Assembly: GCA_018813905.1 (NCBI GenBank) | Contig: JAHJAO010000005.1 | Coordinates: 1 to 60,187, forward strand | DNA length: 60,187 nt | Direction: 5' to 3' | From: Candidatus Omnitrophota bacterium | Lineage (GTDB): Bacteria; Omnitrophota; Gorgyraeia; B26-G9 | Shown: positions 1 through 7,723 of the stretch, one piece after another | Position numbering within the stretch: position 1 is the first letter of the stretch | Layout: each line of letters opens with the position of its first letter | The notes under the pieces: model-generated | What the model was told of the DNA's origin: nothing | Database searches by the model: none | The model's input: the letters and a program-made list of their open reading frames with translations, nothing else | Program-made: the position numbers and the translations under genes

Positions 1-1
1 C

Positions 2-1117
2 ATGCTGCGGGTGAAAAACATGATTATTATTACCATTTCCGAGCAGAAAGGGGCGAAAGCGGCGGAACGGGCGGCGAATAAAAGAGTTAAGCCGGAGGAG
101 CTGGTAATTTTCTCCCGGCAGCTGGCAACCATGGTCAATGCGGGGATACCGCTGGTGCAGAGTTTGGATATTTTATCCGAGCAGATGGATAGTTTGGCCT
201 TTAGGAAAATCGTCTCCCAGGTCCGCGCGGACGTAGAATCCGGGGCCAGTCTGTCTGCGGCCTTGGAAAAACATCCAAAGGTATTTTCTTTTTTATACGC
301 AAATATGATAAAAGCCGGCGAGACGAGCGGCATGTTAGATGAAATTTTAGAAAGGCTGGCCGGGTATCTGGAGAAAAACGATGCCCTGCAGCGCAAAGTA
401 AAATCGGCCATGGTTTATCCGGCCGTGGTATCGGTTATGGCGATCGGGATCACGTTAGTTTTACTTTTGAAAGTCATCCCGACTTTCAAAGACATTTTTG
501 CATCTTTAGGCGGGACGTTGCCCGCACCCACGCAAATACTTATCACCATATCCGATATAGCCAGGAACTATTTTTTAGTCGCGGTAATTGCTTTTGGCGC
601 CTTTATTTTTGTGCTGCAAAAGGTTGTATCTACGCCAAAGGGAAAAGCAAAATTTGACGAGCTAAAACTTAATATGCCGGTATTCGGCCCGCTCCTGCGC
701 AAAGTGGCGGTTGCCCGTTTTTCAAGGACTTTGGCGACTTTAATCCGCAGCGGCGTACCGATTTTAGGTTCACTGGAGATTGTGGGCAAGACCTCGGGCA
801 ATACTGTTATCGAGCAGGCGGTAGACAAAGCCCGGATCGGGATCCGGGAAGGGGAAAGTATTTCTACTCCGCTTGCGCGCAGCAAGGCCTTTCCGCCGAT
901 GGTTACGCGGATGATTGCCGTCGGGGAAGAATCGGGGGAGCTTGAGAAAATGCTTAGCAAAATCGCGGACTTTTATGAAACGCAGGTAGACGCGGCGGTC
1001 AGCGGGTTAACCAGTATGATTGAGCCTTTAATTATCGCGTTTTTAGGTATTGTGGTCGGTTCAATCGTAATTGCCATGTTTCTGCCGATATTTAAAGTTA
1101 CAGAACTTATTGGATAA
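2..1117 (+). CDS. pilC: Type IV pilus platform protein PilC (GspF family), 5'-truncated by the window edge
   Basis: The ORF is open to the window start. It has the GspF-type repeat pattern (…AGIPLVQSLDILSEQ… and …SGVPILGSLEIVGK…), three hydrophobic TM segments and a typical C-terminus (…MFLPIFKVTELIG). It is followed by pilin genes. Confidence 0.9.
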   Translation: MLRVKNMIIITISEQKGAKAAERAANKRVKPEELVIFSRQLATMVNAGIPLVQSLDILSEQMDSLAFRKIVSQVRADVESGASLSAALEKHPKVFSFLYANMIKAGETSGMLDEILERLAGYLEKNDALQRKVKSAMVYPAVVSVMAIGITLVLLLKVIPTFKDIFASLGGTLPAPTQILITISDIARNYFLVAVIAFGAFIFVLQKVVSTPKGKAKFDELKLNMPVFGPLLRKVAVARFSRTLATLIRSGVPILGSLEIVGKTSGNTVIEQAVDKARIGIREGESISTPLARSKAFPPMVTRMIAVGEESGELEKMLSKIADFYETQVDAAVSGLTSMIEPLIIAFLGIVVGSIVIAMFLPIFKVTELIG

Positions 1118-1171
1118 TTTATAAATTGTTTATTTACAAGAAGTTACAAAACTAAATTTTTTATAAAAGTG

Positions 1172-1200
1172 TTGACAAAGTTGGGTTTAAAAGGTATACT
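1172..1200 (+). promoter_or_regulatory. Sigma70-type promoter for the riboswitch and minor-pilin operon
   Basis: TTGACA (1172-1177), a 17 nt spacer, then TATACT (1195-1200). It lies about 35 nt upstream of the riboswitch aptamer. Confidence 0.7.
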
Positions 1201-1233
1201 TATATTAGAGCAAGAAAACAATTCATTCTTTTA

Positions 1234-1317
1234 TCGAAAAAGGCAAATCCGTCGAAAGGCGGAGACGCAAAGCTACGGGTCTAAAAGATTTTTCTGTTTA
1301 GACGGCCGAGTTGCCGA
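1234..1317 (+). promoter_or_regulatory. c-di-GMP-I (GEMM-I) riboswitch aptamer
   Basis: The sequence reads AAAAGGCAAAUCCGUC-GAAA-GGCGGAGACGCAAAGCUACGGGUCUAAA…UUUAGACGGCCGAGUUGCC. It has a GGCAA/UUGCC closing helix, a GAAA (GNRA) tetraloop hairpin UCCGUC/GGCGGA, the invariant GACGCAAAGC junction, and a second hairpin GUCUAAA/UUUAGAC carrying the CUAAA receptor-like element. It is colinear with the V. cholerae Vc2 aptamer as I recall it. Confidence 0.85.
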
Positions 1318-1340
1318 AAAAAAGGGAAAACTTATGACCG

Positions 1341-1374
1341 CCGGGCTGCCGAAATAAAGGTAGGCCGGTTTTTT
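1341..1374 (+). terminator. Intrinsic terminator acting as the riboswitch expression platform
   Basis: Stem CCGGGCUGCC (1341-1350) pairs with GGUAGGCCGG (1359-1368) with one G.G mismatch. The loop is 8 nt, followed by UUUUUU (1369-1374). It ends 15 nt before the first pseudopilin start. Confidence 0.75.
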
Positions 1375-1388
1375 AATTTTAAGGGCAA

Positions 1389-1862
1389 ATGCGGAAAAAA
1401 ATAAAAAAAAACAAGCGGGGTTTTACGTTAGTAGAAGTGCTGGTTTCGCTGGGGATATTGGCGATTGCGGTTGCTTCAACTATGCAGCTGATGATTTTTC
1501 TCGTGCAGCTAAGCGAAACGAATGATATTATGCTGCCGACGATGAACTCGCTGGAAGGGATTATGGACGAAATCAGAAATGCGCCATTTGAGGATATCAC
1601 CAGCGCTTATGATGATACGACGTTTACGCTGGATGAACTAGATGGTCGTGGCATTCAAAATATGGGCGTGATTACGGTCGATACGATTGAAGCAAATTAC
1701 CTGTTGCGCGTAAAGATAGTTTTATGCTGGAAGCAGAAAAACCGGGTTATGGGAGAAGACAAGAATTTCAACGGACTATTGGATCTGGGCGAGGATGAAA
1801 ACGGGAATAACGAGTTGGATTCGCCCTGCAGCATAGAGGGATCTGTGCGGTGGGCGATATGA
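1389..1862 (+). CDS. Minor pseudopilin (prepilin-type N-terminal cleavage/methylation domain)
   Basis: The N-terminus MRKKIKKNKRG|FTLVEVLVSLGILAIAV has the class III signal peptide (G-F-T-L-x-E) followed by a hydrophobic helix. It is the first gene after the riboswitch. Confidence 0.85.
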   Translation: MRKKIKKNKRGFTLVEVLVSLGILAIAVASTMQLMIFLVQLSETNDIMLPTMNSLEGIMDEIRNAPFEDITSAYDDTTFTLDELDGRGIQNMGVITVDTIEANYLLRVKIVLCWKQKNRVMGEDKNFNGLLDLGEDENGNNELDSPCSIEGSVRWAI

Positions 1863-1872
1863 TTATAAATTT

Positions 1873-2553
1873 ATGAAGATAAAAAAATATTGCCGGAGAA
1901 ATTTAAAAAAAAACGCGGGTTATACATTAATAGAAGCTATATTTACCGTAGGAATTTTTACTTTTGTTATCGGCAGTCTGTTTACGATGCTTATCCATCA
2001 GAACAGCTTTTTTAACCGGACGATGAGCAAGTTCGACGTATCACGCATGACGAGAAAAGTGATGAATATCATGGTCAAAGAGATTCGGTTTTCGAATCTG
2101 CTTACCGTATCCATTTACGACCGGCCTATGGACAGATTTGGCGTAACTAGTGAGTATCGGGACGGCAAAAGCATTGAATTTCAGGTGCCGGTAGACTATG
2201 AGCCGAAGGACGGTGATTTTACCGACGAGTTCGGCCGCTTGGAATGGGGCGCGGACGGGCAACTTGATTGGTCCATAGAATACTGCTGGGATAGTGAGAC
2301 CGAACAGGTTTTTCGACGGGTTTGGGACGAGAACAGCGTACTCGTTAGCGAGATAGAGATTGGCAGCGAGATTACCTCTTTTAGCATCAAAGGGTATAGT
2401 TTTAAAGCCGGGCCGGATAGGTATAAATTAGACTCTGCGTATAAAATTATAGAAATAGAGCTGAGTTCCGTAAAAACGACTATGGCCGGCCGGACGTTGG
2501 ATAATCCGATTTCCTGCACTTTGAGCCAGCGGATTATGTGCCGGAACTCGTAA
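1873..2553 (+). CDS. Minor pseudopilin (PilW/GspJ-like by position)
   Basis: The N-terminus …KKNAG|YTLIEAIFTVGIFTFVIGSLF has a prepilin cleavage/methylation motif with Glu at +5. Confidence 0.8.
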   Translation: MKIKKYCRRNLKKNAGYTLIEAIFTVGIFTFVIGSLFTMLIHQNSFFNRTMSKFDVSRMTRKVMNIMVKEIRFSNLLTVSIYDRPMDRFGVTSEYRDGKSIEFQVPVDYEPKDGDFTDEFGRLEWGADGQLDWSIEYCWDSETEQVFRRVWDENSVLVSEIEIGSEITSFSIKGYSFKAGPDRYKLDSAYKIIEIELSSVKTTMAGRTLDNPISCTLSQRIMCRNS

Positions 2554-2615
2554 GAACTAAGTTATAAATGATGAGTTATAAACTATAAATTAAAACATAA
2601 TAAAGGAGGAAGATT

Positions 2616-5513
2616 ATGAAGTTGACGAACAAAAGAGGCGCGATGCTGATTGCCGCGTACCTGGTGTTATTCGTCATTATTATTGTGATAACCGCGGTTT
2701 TTTCGGTAGTGATGAACGAACGTAAGGAGGTAGAACGCAATGCCGAAGAAATGAAGGCGTTGAATTTCGCGGAGATGGGGTTGGCCTACGCCTATTTTGA
2801 ATCCCAGAATTTAGGCTGGCAATGGTACACGCATAAGTGGAATGCCTCTTTGGACACGTTAATTCCGCTTGAGCCCACAGACTCCCAGTATCAGCAGCAG
2901 GTCCGAACCGACTGCCATTTTGACGCGGACGGTTTTTACGCGGCTGACGACGGAAGCTTTATGGTCAAGTCATACCCCAGCGCTACGGTGGACGGCGAGA
3001 CCATTGTTGTGGCTTTAGGCCTAAGCGGCGGCTATCGCAAGGCCGTAATTTATAATTTGAGCCGGCAGGGAATATATGACTTTTTCTATTTCAGCCCGTA
3101 CAATATTGATTTGGATAATGCTGTCGGCAATTATCCAAAATTAAACGGCGGCGGCATTCACACTAACCAAAACATCTGGTTTGACAATCCGGTGAGACTG
3201 GAGAATATTTCGGAACTAAGCACCGGCGATAACGGCCGTATTTATTACGCGGAGTCCGGCAAGTACCTGGCGCCGCATTACGCGGACGATTTTGACGGAG
3301 CTCGGGACAGCAAAGCCCCGATTGTGCGCCTGGACCAATACACGAATGTTTTCCGCGACGATGCGAATAATGACCCCGGGCCGTTTGGTGAGTATTATTT
3401 GGATAAATATAACAACCGGCTGTGGAGGTTTAAAAGCAACGCGACCTTGTTTGCCCCGCAGTATTCCAGCTGCTGGCCTTACTCGACCACCTATGGCGGC
3501 ACGACCGCGTTTTTAAACACGGAATATAAGTTCTATGGAAATAATCAGCCCTGGTATAATATCCAGCCGGGCAAGTCAGACCCTCAAGTGAGTTCAAGCA
3601 TCAAAAACGATAGCGATGTAGCAATAAACCGGTATAATGTCTGGATTAAGCCGTATCTTGGCCAGACCGAAGACAATAAGATAATTTCCGATGTCTGGAA
3701 GGAAATCCCGGCGGAGCTGGACCAGTCCTGGAGCTGGCAGAAATACGCCTATGTCGCCAGCGGCGAACAGCCAGTTACTTTTTATACTTATAATGACGCC
3801 GGAGAAAAGGTGGATGTGGAAGATACGTATTGGGGGATAAAGACTATAAATCACGAAAACCGATGGGCTGTCCCTCCGGAAGAGTGGGATTTTATTGTGA
3901 TGATATTTACTGACCCGCGTTTTAAAAACGGACCAGCTGGAGCGGGAGGAGTTGAACTTGATTTTGATACGCACGAAGTGATCTGGAGTTGGATTGAGGA
4001 GACGTTTTCGATGATTAACCCGGATGAGTTGGCTGATCATCCCGAAGCCAAAAATTACTGGGATACATATAAATCCCCGGAATATTGGGCGTATATGGGA
4101 AAATATCCGTCCTATCCTTATACCTGGCCGGAATATTTGGATAATGGTATTTTTGACGGCACATACGGAGATGAGTTAAGCAGCGGCGGCCGCATTGACG
4201 TTAAGAGTACCAATAGCCAGGAGCAGCCCGAGGCCTGGAAATCGTTTCTCAGCGCATCGGGTTTAGACAACATTGTGCGCGACGGCAATTCCGGAGGCAA
4301 AGACCTTACTCCGCCGGAATTTGACGCTACTTATAAAAAGTTAGCCGACCGCGACGGGCTTTATATAGGTTTGTCTGATTCTATTAATGACGAATTCAAT
4401 TTTAGCGATTATGACGAGTGGATACAGGTCCTGGAAGAAAGAGTGGGCATTGCGGTGGAACGCTTAAACGAAGGAGAAATAGAGAGCGACAAAATCGCGC
4501 GGAAGGTGAAGTTTATCAATACATACACCGGAAAATGGAACGTGCTTTTGGAAATTGACCTGGAGAAAATGCAGAAAGCGGACAAGTATCCGGATAACGG
4601 GATTATATATACCCAAGTGCCGATACGGTTTACAAACGCAGAAAAGCTGCCGCGTAAAATGGCGAACTATGGGTTTACAGTCATGGGAGAAGAGAATGTT
4701 TATTTAAAAGGGGATTTTAACGTGGACGAATGGGTTACCGCCGCGGTGGTTTCCAAAAAACGGGTGTTCACCTTATCCGATGACTTTAACGACCCGCAGA
4801 ATAAACCGGCAACCCAGCATTACCGGGATTATCCCTATCTGTATGTAAAAGACAATGGTTCCGGCACCTATGTGGAATCCAACCCCGCGCTCGGCGGCGG
4901 GATGTGGGTGTACCGGGATTATTTAAACCACGCTACGACCGAATATTATAACCAAATCTCCTCGGAAAACGAACAGGTGTTAAAAAATATCATCATTCAA
5001 AAAGACGCGGCTTATCTAAGCATGTTTGACAAAAAAGATGATAGCGGCGCAAAAACCGACACCTTTACCTGGCCGGCAAGCGGAGAAAGTTACACTTACG
5101 GCATGATGCCAAACACCGTCAGCAAGAATCACACTTATAATTGCCTGATTGCCGCCAACCGCGACGTAAAAGGGTATAGCTTGGAACGATGGGGTTCGGC
5201 CAGAAAATATTTAAACGGTTCGTTTTTCATCCTGGAATCTACGGGTTTTACCGCGCCGTATCGAAGCCTGGTGGATTATGAGCCGGGAACCGGAACCGGA
5301 GCTAAGGATTTGCCTTATGACAACCGGGACCGCTTAGCTTATGGCCGTACTTATGATTATGCGGGCTACGCCGTATCCGCGCCATCTACTTACTTAAGTT
5401 ATGACCCGCGGTTTAAGACCGCGGCGCGCAGCCCGTCGGATGTCTTCTTCGGCGGCGCGCAATCGTTGTGGATGGAATCTACGCCCGAGTTTTTCTATCA
5501 GCTGAGTTTTTAA
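2616..5513 (+). CDS. Giant pilus-associated protein with a PilX-N/GspK-like N-terminus and an unassigned C-terminal region of about 900 aa
   Basis: A strong RBS (AAAGGAGGAAGATT-ATG) precedes it. The N-terminus KRGAMLIAAYLVLFVIIIVITAVFSVVMNERKEVERNAEEMKALNFAEMGL resembles the PilX N-terminal domain. The remainder is Y/W/D/N/G-rich and I recognise no motif in it. Confidence 0.7.
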   Translation: MKLTNKRGAMLIAAYLVLFVIIIVITAVFSVVMNERKEVERNAEEMKALNFAEMGLAYAYFESQNLGWQWYTHKWNASLDTLIPLEPTDSQYQQQVRTDCHFDADGFYAADDGSFMVKSYPSATVDGETIVVALGLSGGYRKAVIYNLSRQGIYDFFYFSPYNIDLDNAVGNYPKLNGGGIHTNQNIWFDNPVRLENISELSTGDNGRIYYAESGKYLAPHYADDFDGARDSKAPIVRLDQYTNVFRDDANNDPGPFGEYYLDKYNNRLWRFKSNATLFAPQYSSCWPYSTTYGGTTAFLNTEYKFYGNNQPWYNIQPGKSDPQVSSSIKNDSDVAINRYNVWIKPYLGQTEDNKIISDVWKEIPAELDQSWSWQKYAYVASGEQPVTFYTYNDAGEKVDVEDTYWGIKTINHENRWAVPPEEWDFIVMIFTDPRFKNGPAGAGGVELDFDTHEVIWSWIEETFSMINPDELADHPEAKNYWDTYKSPEYWAYMGKYPSYPYTWPEYLDNGIFDGTYGDELSSGGRIDVKSTNSQEQPEAWKSFLSASGLDNIVRDGNSGGKDLTPPEFDATYKKLADRDGLYIGLSDSINDEFNFSDYDEWIQVLEERVGIAVERLNEGEIESDKIARKVKFINTYTGKWNVLLEIDLEKMQKADKYPDNGIIYTQVPIRFTNAEKLPRKMANYGFTVMGEENVYLKGDFNVDEWVTAAVVSKKRVFTLSDDFNDPQNKPATQHYRDYPYLYVKDNGSGTYVESNPALGGGMWVYRDYLNHATTEYYNQISSENEQVLKNIIIQKDAAYLSMFDKKDDSGAKTDTFTWPASGESYTYGMMPNTVSKNHTYNCLIAANRDVKGYSLERWGSARKYLNGSFFILESTGFTAPYRSLVDYEPGTGTGAKDLPYDNRDRLAYGRTYDYAGYAVSAPSTYLSYDPRFKTAARSPSDVFFGGAQSLWMESTPEFFYQLSF

Positions 5514-5582
5514 CATGGGCAATATTGATATTATAGGTTATACCTATTTTTTACTTCGTAAAAAATAAAAAAAAGGGGGGGT

Positions 5583-6176
5583 ATGGACAAAAACATGAAA
5601 TTGGTGCTTATCTTCGGCTCGGTTATATTGGCTTTGGTCTTGGTTTGGGTCGTGGCGGACAGCTTTAGGTCCACAACCGGAAAAGCCATGTTGAAAAACA
5701 AAGGGGCAGGAGCGGACTTTGAAGCCAAAGGAAAAGGTAGCTTGTCCGGGACAAATTATGATTCCGCGGCTAATGCGCCCCTGGGAACCAAAGCCCAGGT
5801 CCAGGCCCAGGGGAGAAAGCACAGTTATTATTTTCCCAAAGTAGAACGTAAAGTCGTCCGGACATTTGAGCCGCGTTCCGAACTTGACGACCTCTATTCG
5901 GATAAGATTGAGGATGTATCCGGACAGGAAACGATAGATGGAGTTGCTCCGCTTAGTGAAAAAGAGAGGTTACAACTGATGCAGGTCGCGCCTTCTGTTT
6001 TAGTCGTGGATGAACCGGAGGCAATAGAGAAGAACGCGGAAAAGAAAACGGTTTCTCAAAACTTGCGCCAGGCCCTGCTGGATGCGGGTATGGAAGAACC
6101 GGACGGATTTCTGGAGCACGCGCCGCCGGAATTGCTCGAGGTTTTAGAGCGGGAGATTACGCAAAAGCAGCAATAG
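5583..6176 (+). CDS. Hypothetical membrane-anchored protein, last gene of the minor-pilin operon
   Basis: It has a G-rich RBS, a single N-terminal TM helix (LVLIFGSVILALVLVWVV) and a low-complexity, acidic C-terminal part. No family was recognised. Confidence 0.5.
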   Translation: MDKNMKLVLIFGSVILALVLVWVVADSFRSTTGKAMLKNKGAGADFEAKGKGSLSGTNYDSAANAPLGTKAQVQAQGRKHSYYFPKVERKVVRTFEPRSELDDLYSDKIEDVSGQETIDGVAPLSEKERLQLMQVAPSVLVVDEPEAIEKNAEKKTVSQNLRQALLDAGMEEPDGFLEHAPPELLEVLEREITQKQQ

Positions 6177-6381
6177 GGTAGTTTACCGGCAAGTTAAAGC
6201 TAAGAATAATAACGCAGCTGTTCAGTAGCGGGTTATTGGGAATAGCTTGACGCACTCGGCAACAAATCCGCAGGGTTTTTTTTGTTTCAGGACGAAACAA
6301 CACCGTCGAGAAACAGGAAGTTTTGCCTCAGGCGGGGCCAGTATCAAGCCGAATATTAAGGAATAAACAATTCCTAATGGC

Positions 6382-6410
6382 TTGACATTCAACCCGCGCT
6401 TTTCTATAAT
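6382..6410 (+). promoter_or_regulatory. Consensus sigma70 promoter of the pilS-like/pilR operon
   Basis: TTGACA (6382-6387), a 17 nt spacer, then TATAAT (6405-6410). The TTG 'start' given in the ORF track is the -35 box itself. Confidence 0.75.
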
Positions 6411-6417
6411 AACTTGC

Positions 6418-7674
6418 ATGTTAGATAGCCGAAGTTCCCTGCACACCAAAATAGTTTTCTACCGGTTTGTTATCGCCTCGACAATCTTAATTGTTAACGT
6501 GGCCTTGTTCGGTTTAAACCGCACGCCGATATATTTTCTTATCGCTTCCATATATTTCTTTACAATTATCTATCTGTTTTTCATTTTGTTCCGCGTTTAT
6601 AACATAAGTTTACTTTACGCCCAGGTAGTTATTGACTTGATTAGCGAGGCGCTCCTGATTCATTACACCGGCGGGATTGATTCGGTGCTCGTGCTTTTGT
6701 TCCCGCTTTCCAGCATTGCCGCAAGTATCCTGATTTCACCGCGCGCGGCGGTTCTGGTGGCGCTAGTCGGCAGCAGCTTTTATGCCGGGATAATAACTTT
6801 GGAATTTTTCAATGTGCTGCCTTTACCTTTTGGGGCCGGAGCATTGTTTTTAAGAGACAGCTCTTATGTTTTCACCCTGTTGTATTTTCGGGTGACGATT
6901 TTTTGCATAATTGGTTTTTTAAGCGCCTATATCGCCGAACAAATCAAAAGCCGTGACCGGCAGGTTCTGTCTTTGCAGCAGCAGTTAAGAAGGGAAGACC
7001 GCTTGCTGGCAATCGGGAGATTAGCCGCTAATACCGCGCATGAAATCCGCAACCCTTTAGCTTCCATTTCCGGCTGTGTGGAGGCATTGCAGGGATCAGT
7101 AAAGCTGGATGCGAATAACCAGCGTTTATTCGATTTAATCCTAAAAGAAAGCGCGCGTTTGAATAATATAATCAACGGGCTCCTGGAATACGTTAATCCC
7201 AAAAATTTCCGTTTTCATAACGCGCTTTTATCCGATGTGTTGGACGAAGGTGTTTTGTTGGTGGAAAACAACAAAGACCTGACAAAAAAGTTTTTGATAA
7301 AGCGGGAGGATGATTTTGCGAAATTAAAGGTTATCTGCGATGAACAGAAAATGCTGCAGGTGTTTTTCAACCTCTTGCTTAACGCGGTCGAAGCCGTAAC
7401 CGATGAAGGGGTAATCGTTATCGGCGGCCGGGCGGATATGGATAGGCAAACCGTTCAAATCGAAATTAGCGATAACGGGCGGGGCATGAGCCCGGAGCAG
7501 CTCGAGCATGTTTTCGAGCCTTTTACCAGCGGCAAAGACAAAGGCGTGGGGCTCGGATTGTCTATCGCTTTAAGTATTATGAAAGAGCACGGCGGTGATA
7601 TCCTGGCGGAGAGCAGTTTGGGAAAGGGCTCGGTTTTTAAAGTAATTTTACCGCTAAAAACAAATTTAAAATAA
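6418..7674 (+). CDS. pilS: Membrane sensor histidine kinase, PilS-like
   Basis: It has about 6 N-terminal TM helices, the H-box ANTAHEIRNPLASI, the N-box FFNLLLNAVEA, G1 DNGRGM and G2 GVGLGLS. It lies directly upstream of a sigma54 EBP and pilA. I moved the start to ATG 6418, the first ATG after the consensus promoter. Confidence 0.85.
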   Translation: MLDSRSSLHTKIVFYRFVIASTILIVNVALFGLNRTPIYFLIASIYFFTIIYLFFILFRVYNISLLYAQVVIDLISEALLIHYTGGIDSVLVLLFPLSSIAASILISPRAAVLVALVGSSFYAGIITLEFFNVLPLPFGAGALFLRDSSYVFTLLYFRVTIFCIIGFLSAYIAEQIKSRDRQVLSLQQQLRREDRLLAIGRLAANTAHEIRNPLASISGCVEALQGSVKLDANNQRLFDLILKESARLNNIINGLLEYVNPKNFRFHNALLSDVLDEGVLLVENNKDLTKKFLIKREDDFAKLKVICDEQKMLQVFFNLLLNAVEAVTDEGVIVIGGRADMDRQTVQIEISDNGRGMSPEQLEHVFEPFTSGKDKGVGLGLSIALSIMKEHGGDILAESSLGKGSVFKVILPLKTNLK

Positions 7675-7723
7675 GGAATTCAAGAGGAAGTTTGTTAAAT
7701 CTTTTTAATCTTTGAGGTAAATA

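Noticed and set aside
1169-1357. A 62-aa ORF in the supplied track, between pilC and the first pseudopilin.
   Set aside because: It starts at the GTG overlapping the promoter's TTGACA -35 box and spans the promoter -10 and the whole GEMM-I aptamer. Its stop lies in the terminator loop (3' arm and T-tract are downstream). It has no RBS, and the peptide is basic and low-complexity. The RNA element explains the region.
6355-6378. A short inverted repeat AGGAAT-AAACA-ATTCCT abutting the -35 box of the pilS-like promoter, considered as a possible operator.
   Set aside because: It has only 6 bp arms in AT-rich DNA. That is too weak to claim without comparative or binding data.
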